Source: Gammaproteobacteria bacterium (lineage in GTDB: Bacteria; Pseudomonadota; Gammaproteobacteria; SZUA-229). From it: DNA of 64,000 nucleotides. The stretch lies in the NCBI GenBank assembly GCA_029882215.1, contig JAOULC010000015.1:1399-65398 (forward strand). Reading direction: 5' to 3'. The notes under the pieces were generated by a model. The model worked only from the letters and a program-made list of their open reading frames with translations. It searched no databases and was not told where the DNA came from. Below are positions 55,752 through 64,000 of the stretch, piece after piece; position 1 is the stretch's first letter, and every line of letters starts with the position of its first letter. The translations under genes and the position numbers were made by a program.

Positions 55752-56761
55752 TTATTTCCTAAGCGGTATATTTGAATCCGAAAAAACAACCTGCCCATCA
55801 TATCCATTTAGCTTAAGCAGTTCTTTTAACTTATTCTTATATTCAACACGTGTTAAAGGCCCATTTTTAATTCCACTTATAGGCAATAACTTTCGCTGCC
55901 ACAAGTTCTCACTATCACCCTGTATAAATATACACTCCAAATAACTCTTTTTACCCATATCAGTATTCCTATATTTTTTGCTAGAAGCACTCAATCCACT
56001 TTGGCAGTTTAAAACGGCCCTCCACTCTTTTTCTTCAGAAAATCCTGGGTGCTTAAATGCAGCTACAAAAGGTTCCAATGCATGCATCAGGAGCCCCAAA
56101 ACAACACCCTGTTCCATTTCAGTGGAAGCGGCTATTCTTGCCAGTGTCCACTCAGTAGAATCCAGGTAATCAAGAAGTCTTTTAATCCCAGACTGGATCA
56201 AAGACTGCTGCAAGGTCTCATCATAAATAGTTGGTAAAATATCCAACATCCAAGGAGAATTTTTATCTAAAACTGTAAATAGTCTGGCATCAGTTAAATC
56301 AAACTCAATACAAAATCCTTCAGCCTTATCTGAATAAGCCCTCCATTGACTTAGAACATCTGAATCCTCACTAAAAGAATGATATTGGTATTAAAAGTTT
56401 CTCTTCGTATTTCACTATGATTTTTATAGTAGTTACATAATTTATGTAATATTTCAACGGAATTATCTTTTTGATCTACACAATGAATTTCTAATTCATT
56501 GATTAATTTCGCTGTACCAAATAAAAGCTCAGTTGAGTCATTTAATGAATTACAATCAGTAGCCCATAAATTATTTGACTCTATTATTCCAAGCGCACTA
56601 TGACATCCAGTATAGTGATATAACTTTTCTGGGTAACCATTTCCTTTTACAGAAATAAGCTCCTGAATTATCTCTTGCCTTTTCAGCTCTATATCTGATA
56701 ACGCAGCAGAGATCTCTGTCATTACGTTAAAGAAGTTTTCATACTCATCCATTGTATCCAT
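55752..56761 (-). pseudogene. Frameshifted DUF2971-family gene
   Basis: The N-terminal ORF (56351-56761) carries 'LYHYTGCHSALGIIESNNLWATDCNSLNDSTEL'. A second frame is open from 56390 down to 55752. It reads 'YQYHSFSEDSDVLSQWRAYSDKAEGFCIEFD...', the second DUF2971 hallmark. The two frames overlap at 56354-56390. Confidence 0.75.
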
Positions 56762-56804
56762 TTTAAATTCCTAATCTGGGAACAGAAAACAATCTAGAAC
56801 ACAC

Positions 56805-57785
56805 CTACGGCGCTTCCGCCATAACCACCACCCTCTTCGGTGCCGGATAACCCTCAATCGTCTTCGTATGATCCTGCGGATCTAAATACTGCTCCAATGA
56901 ATGAAACTCCATCCACTCCGTCGAACGTTGTTCCTCAACCGTCGTTACACTGACATCCACCACTCGGATATTTTTATAACCACAACGCCGCATCCAGCTT
57001 TCTAACGTCGGTACGGTTGGCAAAAACCAGACATTGCGCATTTGAGCATAACGATCCGTCGGTAATAACACCTCACCATCTTTGCCATCAATGACCAGGG
57101 TTTCTAAAACCAGCTCACCGCCACTGCGTAAGCAATCTCGTAATTCAATCAAGTGATCAATCGGTGATTTGCGGTGGTAAAAAACCCCCATCGAAAAAAC
57201 TGTATCAAAGGCTTTTAACTGTGGCACGTCTTCAATGCCGAACGGTAGCAGGAAGGTGCTGTCATTTTTTATGTAGCGTCGCATGACTTCAAACTGGTAA
57301 ACGTATTTCAGGCCGGGATCAACACCGATCACCAGTTCCGGGTTGTGTGCTGCCATGCGCCAGAGGTGGTAACCATTGCCACAACCGACATCAAGAATTG
57401 TCCGGCCTTGCAATGGTGACAGGTGTTTTTCCAGCCGGTCCCATTTCCAGTCTGAGCGCCATTCGGTGTCAATATGGATACCGAAAACATCAAAAGGCCC
57501 TTTTCGCCATGGCATCAGCACTTTGAGTTTATTTTTCAGAGCGTCCTTTTCTGTCTCATCCAGTTGCTGCTCACTCTCAATTTTTATGGCATCAGCGGTC
57601 AGATCAATTTTATCCGCACTCATATCAGGTAATAACTCCAGCATGGCTTCCCATGCTGGCATATCGCCGTGATTGCTGTTGTAGAGCTTTTCATCCAGCT
57701 GTTTAGCCAGTATGGCTAGCCACGGTTCTAACTCAGTATTTTTTATTTTTTCAAATAACGCGGAATAGTCGACGGTAGATTTCAT
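56805..57785 (-). CDS. cmoB: tRNA U34 carboxymethyltransferase CmoB
   Basis: 326 aa. 'LMPWRKGPF...IDTEWRSDWKWDR' and the SAM motif 'ILDVGCGNGYH' are typical. It lies 18 nt downstream of cmoA. Confidence 0.92.
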   Translation of the reverse strand: MKSTVDYSALFEKIKNTELEPWLAILAKQLDEKLYNSNHGDMPAWEAMLELLPDMSADKIDLTADAIKIESEQQLDETEKDALKNKLKVLMPWRKGPFDVFGIHIDTEWRSDWKWDRLEKHLSPLQGRTILDVGCGNGYHLWRMAAHNPELVIGVDPGLKYVYQFEVMRRYIKNDSTFLLPFGIEDVPQLKAFDTVFSMGVFYHRKSPIDHLIELRDCLRSGGELVLETLVIDGKDGEVLLPTDRYAQMRNVWFLPTVPTLESWMRRCGYKNIRVVDVSVTTVEEQRSTEWMEFHSLEQYLDPQDHTKTIEGYPAPKRVVVMAEAP

Positions 57786-57803
57786 ATGAATCCAGATAAG
57801 AGA

Positions 57804-58523
57804 TTATTTGATAGCAATGATTGAAACAAAATTAAAACACTGAAACCACACCTGCGCCTGTGAGAAACCCGCGGATTTCAGACGTTCAAGGTGAACACCC
57901 AGTGTTTCCGGAATTAATACATTTTCAATGGCCGAACGTTTTTGCGCAATTTCAAGTTCACTGTAGCCATTGGCTTTTTTAAACGCCAGCTGTAACCCGT
58001 CATTTAGTGCACACTCCCCGGCGTCTTCAAAGGTAATTTTTTCTGATAATACCAGTGCCCCGCCGGGCAGCAAATTATCCGCAATATTTGTTAACAGCGC
58101 GGTGCGGTTTTCAACCGGTAAAAATTGCAGGGTGAAATTTAATACGACCAGTGAAGCCGATTCAATCTTCGCTTCGCGTATATCGGCACAGGATACATTT
58201 ACTTCCGGGCCTTGCTGCAAACCAATATTTTGTCGACAGCGCTCCGCCATTGCCACTGAATTATCAATGGCAAACATTGTGCAGTTTTTATGTAGCAGTC
58301 GTGAGCGCATCGATAAGGTCGCAGCACCTAAGGAGCAGCCCAGATCATATACGTTTGAGCTGTCCTGCACGTATTGTTCTGCAAATACGCCCAGCATGGT
58401 AATAATGCTTTCGTAGCCGGGTACCGAACGGCGGATCATATCGCTGAATACATTGGCAACATTTTCATCGAAGACAAAATCGACAACGTTCTGTTGTTTG
58501 GAATAAATAGTGTCTTGTGACAT
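57804..58523 (-). CDS. cmoA: Carboxy-S-adenosyl-L-methionine synthase CmoA
   Basis: 239 aa, collinear with E. coli CmoA ('FDENVANVFSDMIRRSVPGYESII', 'VYDLGCSLGAATLS', 'LNFTLQFL', 'WFQCFNF'). Confidence 0.93.
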   Translation of the reverse strand: MSQDTIYSKQQNVVDFVFDENVANVFSDMIRRSVPGYESIITMLGVFAEQYVQDSSNVYDLGCSLGAATLSMRSRLLHKNCTMFAIDNSVAMAERCRQNIGLQQGPEVNVSCADIREAKIESASLVVLNFTLQFLPVENRTALLTNIADNLLPGGALVLSEKITFEDAGECALNDGLQLAFKKANGYSELEIAQKRSAIENVLIPETLGVHLERLKSAGFSQAQVWFQCFNFVSIIAIK

Positions 58524-58930
58524 TAAGCAGATGCCTTATTAAACAAACGCTGCTCTATGCGTAATAAATTATATTTACCGCAGCCTCTGGTCGCGAAATA
58601 GCCGGCCAGCACACCGAGGCTATTAGCCAGCATATCGCTGATTTCAAAATAACGCACGCCGCCTGCCTGTTGTGCAAATTCAAGCCCTACACCCAGCGCT
58701 ATGAATAAAGCCGCATGAATCATACGGCTGCGAACTGTGTAAAAGATCATGGCAAACCAGAGCATTAATAACGCATAGGCGGAAAAATGCATGACTTTGT
58801 CGAAGTCATCTATCCCCATATCGACTGGACTGGGTGTTAACGATTCATAAACAATATAGGCGATATATAAATAACCAACAAATAGCCAGAGCCAGAAATA
58901 TTTCAATTTTTGTTCTTCTAACACACTCAC
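58523..58930 (-). CDS. VanZ-like family membrane protein
   Basis: 135 aa with 4 TM helices. 'DKVMHFSAYALL' and 'DMLANSLGVLAGY' are VanZ-like. Its stop overlaps the cmoA start (TAATG). Confidence 0.65.
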   Translation of the reverse strand: MSVLEEQKLKYFWLWLFVGYLYIAYIVYESLTPSPVDMGIDDFDKVMHFSAYALLMLWFAMIFYTVRSRMIHAALFIALGVGLEFAQQAGGVRYFEISDMLANSLGVLAGYFATRGCGKYNLLRIEQRLFNKASA

Positions 58931-58943
58931 TTTTTAATTCCTT

Positions 58944-59783
58944 TTATATGAACATAATGACTAAAATCGCACCCAGTGCAAAACGATAAATAACAAATGG
59001 CAACATGCCAATTTTATCCAGTAATTTTATGAAATAGTGAATACAGAAATACGCACTAACACCTGAAATGATGGCACCTGTGATCAGGGATGAAAAATCA
59101 CCGCCTTTGGCCACCGACATATAATTCAGGGTTTCCAGCCCGCCGGCCAGCACTATGACAGGGATCGACAGTAAAAACGAAAAACGCGCCGCCGCCTCAC
59201 GTGTTAAACCGATCATCAGCGCGGCACTGATAGTAATACCCGAGCGTGAAGTACCGGGTATTAAGGCAATGGCCTGAGCCACACCAATAATCAGTACATC
59301 TTTCCAGCGAATACTGTACTCGTTGCGGTTACGTTTACCTTTTGCATCTGCCCACCACAGATATCCAGCAAAGATAAACTGCGTCGCCGCAATCACTAAA
59401 GCGCCGCGTAAAGACTCCTGAATAAAGTCTTTAAACAACAGTCCACAAATACCAACCGGAATGGTGCCGAATAATACTGCCCAGGCTAAGCGGCTGCTGT
59501 CGGTATGTTGCTGCTTGCCTGTTTTCAATGGCAGTGAAGCAAACCAGTCCACCGCCATATCGGCCAGCTGATGTCTGAAGTAAAAAACAACCGCCGATAA
59601 TGTACCGACATGCACGGCGACATCAAATGCCAGCCCCTGATCCTGCCACTCTGTTAACAGTGGCACCAAAATCAAATGCGCCGAACTTGATATCGGTAAA
59701 AACTCGGTTAGGCCCTGCACTAAGGCTAAAACTATTATTTGTATCAAATCCAAAATATTTTCGCCACAAAAGCACAGGCACAC
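58944..59783 (-). CDS. uppP: Undecaprenyl-diphosphate phosphatase UppP (BacA)
   Basis: 'GLTEFLPISSSAHL' and 'PGTSRSGITI' are the UppP signature motifs. The start is uncertain: GTG at 59783 or TTG at 59753 (which gives 'MDLIQIIVLA...'). Confidence 0.9.
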   Translation of the reverse strand: MCLCFCGENILDLIQIIVLALVQGLTEFLPISSSAHLILVPLLTEWQDQGLAFDVAVHVGTLSAVVFYFRHQLADMAVDWFASLPLKTGKQQHTDSSRLAWAVLFGTIPVGICGLLFKDFIQESLRGALVIAATQFIFAGYLWWADAKGKRNRNEYSIRWKDVLIIGVAQAIALIPGTSRSGITISAALMIGLTREAAARFSFLLSIPVIVLAGGLETLNYMSVAKGGDFSSLITGAIISGVSAYFCIHYFIKLLDKIGMLPFVIYRFALGAILVIMFI

Positions 59784-59957
59784 GGAGGGTAAATTTCTCT
59801 CGCTATTACTATGCTTGGTGCCCCTCCTTTTATTCTCTTTATCATTAAAATACTAAAAACCGACTCTTTCAAATAACAAAATCAGTCCCTATTTCTGCAC
59901 TTTCACAAGCCATCGTTTTCTTTATATTACGGTGTGCCTTTGTGGCTGGTTTTTTAT

Positions 59958-61142
59958 TTACAAGCGAGATCTAAAATCTGCCTGCGAGAAACCGATCAAC
60001 CCCGGTTCCAGATCCTTACCCAGCGCCATGACTTTAAACCGTTCACCCATTTCGCTCGGTAAGGTCAGGGTTTTAACCTGCTGTGATAAGTGCAGCTGCT
60101 GTCTGACATCATCTTCTGCCAGTGCCGATCTTTTACTTTCAAAAATTTCTGCCAGACCGCAGCCAAATAAAAACTGTGCCTGGGCGGTGTAACCCATGAC
60201 ATCCCAGCCGGTCTTAAAGGCCGCCTCAGCCACTGCTGTAAAATCAACGAATGCCGTTATGTCCTGCAGACCCGGATAAAAGAAAACATCGTCATGCGCA
60301 CGGTGGCGGTAATAACACATCATTGTGCCCATATCACGCTCATGGCTGTAATACTGTTTTGCGTCATAGCCATAATCTACCAGCAACACCAGGCCTTTAT
60401 TGACCAGCGCACTCAGTGTTTTTAACCACGGTAACAGCGATGGATTATATTCTGAGCGGTAATTCGCTGGCAATGTTTGTTCTGTTGATGCCTCTATTTC
60501 GGCTACCGTAGCTGTTAGTTCTTCGCTAGCGACTGTCAATTCCCAGTGCAGCTGACCTTCTGTTTCTGCGATCTTACGTTCAAACAATTCACCATTGTGT
60601 TTCTCAAAGCCGATCACCGGCATGGCATCAAGCACTTCGTTGGCTATCACCACCGCATTCACCGCCGTTTCAGGTAACTGCTGCACCCAGCGCACTTGCT
60701 TTAACAAATGTGGACAGCGCTTTTCGATGGTTGCCTGCTGGCGTTGCTGCAAGTCTGCACTGAGCTCGACTATCCAGTATTCCTCTGGCAGGCTCTGAAG
60801 TGCTTCCAGCTCTAACAGCAGGTCTGCTGCCAGCACACCGGAGCCGGCACCAAATTCGATCAGTAAGGGATCATTCAGCTCTGCCATCACCTGCTTTAAC
60901 TGGCGCGCAATCGCTTGTGCAAACAAAGGTGAAATTTCCGGTGAGGTGATGAAATCACCAGTGGCACCGAATTTTTGTGAGCCGGCGGCGTAATAACCCA
61001 GCCCCGGCTGATACAGGGCCTGAGTCATGTAGCGGTCAAAGCCGATCCGGCCGGCATTTTCCCTTATTCCATCGACAATCAGTCTCTGCAGTTTCAGGCT
61101 ATGCGTTTTCTGTTCTGGTGATGGCTCCGGTAAAGCGCTCAC
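59958..61142 (-). CDS. Class I SAM-dependent methyltransferase, DUF185/MidA (NDUFAF7-like) family
   Basis: 394 aa with a GTG start. 'GDFITSPEISPLFAQ' and 'LIEFGAGSGVLAADLL' are typical of the MidA family. Confidence 0.75.
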   Translation of the reverse strand: MSALPEPSPEQKTHSLKLQRLIVDGIRENAGRIGFDRYMTQALYQPGLGYYAAGSQKFGATGDFITSPEISPLFAQAIARQLKQVMAELNDPLLIEFGAGSGVLAADLLLELEALQSLPEEYWIVELSADLQQRQQATIEKRCPHLLKQVRWVQQLPETAVNAVVIANEVLDAMPVIGFEKHNGELFERKIAETEGQLHWELTVASEELTATVAEIEASTEQTLPANYRSEYNPSLLPWLKTLSALVNKGLVLLVDYGYDAKQYYSHERDMGTMMCYYRHRAHDDVFFYPGLQDITAFVDFTAVAEAAFKTGWDVMGYTAQAQFLFGCGLAEIFESKRSALAEDDVRQQLHLSQQVKTLTLPSEMGERFKVMALGKDLEPGLIGFSQADFRSRL

Positions 61143-61210
61143 ATCGGCTTGTGTATTAATATAAGTTCCTGTTATTCTTCCAAGTATCAGCTATTCAGCA
61201 AGGATAAATC

Positions 61211-61969
61211 GTGCCCAATTCTAACGCATACAATCTTCATAACAAAACGGCTTTAATTACCGGCGCTTCACGCCGTATTGGCAGAGAGATTGCTCGCAGC
61301 CTGCATGCCGCCGGTATGAACATAAGCCTGCATTACCGGAGTTCAAAAGCGGAAGCTGAATCGCTGGCAAATGAGTTCAATATGGAACGACCGGATTCCT
61401 GCATACCTCTTGAGCTGGATTTGCATGATACCGCTGCCCTGCCCGAGCTGATAGACAAGAGTTATCAGCACTGGGGACAACTCGACTGCCTGGTCAACAA
61501 TGCCTCCACTTTTTACCCGACGCATATCGGCAAAATGAGCGAACACCATTGGGACGACCTGATGGGCAGCAATCTGAAAGCGCCTTTGTTCTTATCACAG
61601 GCCGCCATCCCGCACCTGCAGGCAACTAACGGCAGCATCATTAACATTATCGACATTCACGCTGTCAATCCGATGAAAAATCACACCATCTATTGCGCAG
61701 CCAAGGCCGGCCTGGCAATGATGACGAAATCACTGGCTAAGGAACTGGGACCTGATATCCGGGTTAATGGCGTCGCCCCCGGTGCCATCATGTGGCCAGA
61801 AAACGAGATTGACAGCATTACGCAAGATGAAATCGTCAGTCGTACGGCGCTAAAACGCAGTGGTATGCCGGAAGACATTGCCGCCACAGTGTTATTTCTG
61901 ATACGCGATGCACATTATATTACCGGACAAATTATTCCGGTGGACGGTGGCCGCAGCATTAATATTTAA
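61211..61969 (+). CDS. Short-chain dehydrogenase, pteridine reductase / FolM-like
   Basis: 252 aa with a GTG start and AAGGA SD. It has 'ALITGASRRIGREIA', the catalytic 'YCAAK', and a C-terminal 'ITGQIIPVDGG'. The pteridine-reductase assignment rests on resemblance and the nearby folK context only. Confidence 0.6.
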   Translation: MPNSNAYNLHNKTALITGASRRIGREIARSLHAAGMNISLHYRSSKAEAESLANEFNMERPDSCIPLELDLHDTAALPELIDKSYQHWGQLDCLVNNASTFYPTHIGKMSEHHWDDLMGSNLKAPLFLSQAAIPHLQATNGSIINIIDIHAVNPMKNHTIYCAAKAGLAMMTKSLAKELGPDIRVNGVAPGAIMWPENEIDSITQDEIVSRTALKRSGMPEDIAATVLFLIRDAHYITGQIIPVDGGRSINI

Positions 61970-62026
61970 TACCGCTCATTCTTCTTCGCAAACATTTTTT
62001 TTCAAACTCATACACGGATCTAAACC

Positions 62027-62965
62027 ATGAAATTTATTTATGTACTGTTGTTGCTGTTGCCTCACTCTATTGCGCTGGCAACCGAAATACCGGATTACCC
62101 TGCTGATAAAATCGCGGCCAATACTTATGTGATACACGGGCCGCTGGAGTTTCCTAATGAAAAGAACATGGGTTTTATGAATAACCCGGGCTTTGTTATC
62201 ACCGCAGATAGCGTCGTTGTGATTGATCCGGGCTCCAGCCTTTACACCGGTAAAATGGTGTTACGCCAGATCCGTAAAATCACAGACAAACCGGTGAGCC
62301 ATGTACTGAACACACACATTCATGGTGACCACTGGTTAGGCAATCAGGCCTTTGCCGAGGCTTTTCCAAAGGCGCAGATTATGGCGCACCCTGATATGAT
62401 TGCCGCTGCAAAGAAAAGCGAAGCCAGCCGCTGGATCAGCTTAATGGAAAACCTTACCAAAGGGGCCACAAAAGGCACTAAAGCGGTGATTCCTGCCATC
62501 GCCATTAAAAATGATTTTGAATTTAAAACCGGAGGCATCCGCTTCAAAGTGTATGCACCGGCCAAAGCTCATAGCAAAACAGATGTCATGATTCATGTGC
62601 TTGAGGAGTCGGTGGTCTTTCTTGGCGACAATGTACTAAGCGGACGTATTCCCGGCATGGGTGATGCTTCTTTTCGCGGCAATATGAAAGCCTGCGATGT
62701 GGCCAGTGGCATTTCTGCCCGACACTTTGTGCCAGGTCACGGCCAGACAGGCAAAGTCGATATCGTAAAGACCTTTAAAAACTATCTTGACATAGTTTAC
62801 AGCCAGGCCGCACAGTTTTATGACGAAGGTCAGTCTGACTTTGAGATGAAACCGCGGATCGTTGAGCAGTTAAAAACGTTTCATCACTGGGCAGGGTTTG
62901 AAGAGGAAGTGGGCCACCATGTCAGCCTCGCTGTACTGGAAGCTGAAAAAGCTGCTTTTGAATAA
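62027..62965 (+). CDS. Secreted metallo-beta-lactamase-fold hydrolase
   Basis: 312 aa with signal peptide 'MKFIYVLLLLLPHSIALA' and the HxHxDH motif 'HIHGDHWLG'. Confidence 0.8.
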   Translation: MKFIYVLLLLLPHSIALATEIPDYPADKIAANTYVIHGPLEFPNEKNMGFMNNPGFVITADSVVVIDPGSSLYTGKMVLRQIRKITDKPVSHVLNTHIHGDHWLGNQAFAEAFPKAQIMAHPDMIAAAKKSEASRWISLMENLTKGATKGTKAVIPAIAIKNDFEFKTGGIRFKVYAPAKAHSKTDVMIHVLEESVVFLGDNVLSGRIPGMGDASFRGNMKACDVASGISARHFVPGHGQTGKVDIVKTFKNYLDIVYSQAAQFYDEGQSDFEMKPRIVEQLKTFHHWAGFEEEVGHHVSLAVLEAEKAAFE

Positions 62966-63014
62966 CACTTAATCTGAGCCGCCAGCCTGCCGATCATTAT
63001 TTCTGCAGGCGGCT

Positions 63015-63049
63015 AACGACCTGCCAGACACGGAGGCTGGCAGGTCGTT
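63015..63049. terminator. Strong hairpin between convergent MBL-fold and hemerythrin genes
   Basis: aacgacctgccag-acacggagg-ctggcaggtcgtt has a perfect 13-bp stem. A second weaker hairpin (agccgcc...ggcggct) lies just upstream. There is no long U tract. Confidence 0.55.
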
Positions 63050-63079
63050 CCTCAGGCTTCGCTGACCGATGTTACCTTA

Positions 63080-63490
63080 CTATTTTATATAGCCTTCATA
63101 CTGCAGGTAGGATTTAAACTTAATATCTCCCCGCAAAATATCATCAACCAGAAATTCAGCCATGGCATCAAAGCATTCTTCCAGGTCATGCTCTGTCTCA
63201 ATACCTTCACACACCCGTTTGGTCATCTCGGTTTTAACTAGCAGCTCTTTGTGGTATGCCTTATGCTCTTGCAGATAAGGAAACTTTACTTCAAGCAAAT
63301 ATTCCTCTTCTTTTGAAAAGTGATCTTTAGCTTCTTTTAACAAAGCTGATAATAACCGCCCGCTTTTACACTTATCACCCTGACCAATTGCTGATTTAAC
63401 ATCGGCTACTATTTTTAATAATTTTTTGTGGTCATCATCAATGAAGCTCACTCCAATTTCTAAAAACTCATTCCATACTAAATCTCTCAT
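63080..63490 (-). CDS. Hemerythrin-like metal-binding protein (bacteriohemerythrin)
   Basis: 136 aa. 'WNEFLEIGVSFIDDDHKKL', 'DHFSKEEEYL' and 'HKAYHKEL' match the hemerythrin His/Glu/Asp ligand spacing. Confidence 0.8.
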   Translation of the reverse strand: MRDLVWNEFLEIGVSFIDDDHKKLLKIVADVKSAIGQGDKCKSGRLLSALLKEAKDHFSKEEEYLLEVKFPYLQEHKAYHKELLVKTEMTKRVCEGIETEHDLEECFDAMAEFLVDDILRGDIKFKSYLQYEGYIK

Positions 63491-63538
63491 AAATATAAAC
63501 TCTGTTCTTGTCGTACAACATGGCTTTGGATATGAGAC

Positions 63539-64000
63539 TTAAAATTCAAACTCGACCGGATATAACTTTTCCTTTGACTTATCAAAAGCATCCCAGTGCT
63601 CCGCATAGGTTTTATGCGTGAGCGGGTGTTTTAAATCAGCGGCCAGCTCGGCCAGCGGCCATAGTACAAACGCATTCTCTAATATCTCTCCGCGCGGAAT
63701 CTCAAGTCCGTCCTCGTCCGTTACCAGCTCATCAAAAATCAGTAAATCCAGATCCAGGGTACGCGATGAAAAACGAGGGCCGCTGCGATCCCGGCCATTC
63801 TGATCTTCTATCTCATGTAACTGACGGGAGATAGTCAGGACATCTTCCTGAGTATCAAATGCCGCTACCAGATTATAGAAATCATCACCTTCAAAACCAA
63901 CGGCTTCACTCTGGTAAACCGATGACAATTCCAGCTCACCAAAGGCTGACCACATATCGGCCACACCTTTGCGAATACTGGCCTCTTTATCTATATTACT
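63539..64000 (-). CDS. folK: 2-amino-4-hydroxy-6-hydroxymethyldihydropteridine diphosphokinase (HPPK), 5' end beyond the window
   Basis: 'SSVYQSEAVGFEGDDFYNLV', 'IEDQNGRDRSGPRFSSRTLDLDLL' and 'AFVLWPLAELA' are HPPK blocks. The reading frame stays open upstream of the listed Met to position 64000, so the gene is partial. Confidence 0.8.
   Translation of the reverse strand, partial: SNIDKEASIRKGVADMWSAFGELELSSVYQSEAVGFEGDDFYNLVAAFDTQEDVLTISRQLHEIEDQNGRDRSGPRFSSRTLDLDLLIFDELVTDEDGLEIPRGEILENAFVLWPLAELAADLKHPLTHKTYAEHWDAFDKSKEKLYPVEFEF

Overview
This is a 64-kb chromosomal segment from what looks like a marine-type gammaproteobacterium. By eye the GC content is in the low-to-mid 40s percent; I did not compute it. 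I can support about 49 protein-coding genes. I found no rRNA, tRNA, CRISPR array, transposase, integrase or phage gene. Most of the window is housekeeping or core metabolism: mazG, moaA, glcDEF, yaaA, cca, rimO, feoB, cmoAB, uppP, folK, a class-V glyoxylate-type aminotransferase, a CPA2 K+ antiporter, and a cytoplasm-facing SoeABC-like molybdoenzyme operon. There are also several c-di-GMP and signalling proteins: an HD-GYP response regulator and a fatty-acid-hydroxylase-PAS-GGDEF fusion. The clearest accessory region is about 13.6-25.3 kb, all on the minus strand. It holds two very large paralogous lipoproteins. They share an N-terminal module scaffold but end in different beta-propellers (Kelch-like versus LVIVD). 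Each is preceded by a 323-aa beta-barrel OMP gene or, for the Kelch gene, a decayed relic of one. Upstream lie a LuxR-type regulator fused to an alpha/beta-hydrolase domain whose nucleophile Ser is Ala, and an orphan single-POTRA Omp85 protein. I consider this the best candidate for an undescribed OMP plus surface-lipoprotein cassette system, but its function is pure inference. A second small islet (54.9-56.8 kb) contains a repeat- and hairpin-rich noncoding stretch and a frameshifted AT-rich DUF2971 gene. A conserved but uncharacterised cluster (DUF4212 small subunit, VC_2705-type symporter, small membrane protein, cNMP/CBS DUF294 nucleotidyltransferase, DnaQ-like exonuclease) lies at 34.4-39.6 kb. 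All family assignments rest on motif recognition and memory, not on database searches.
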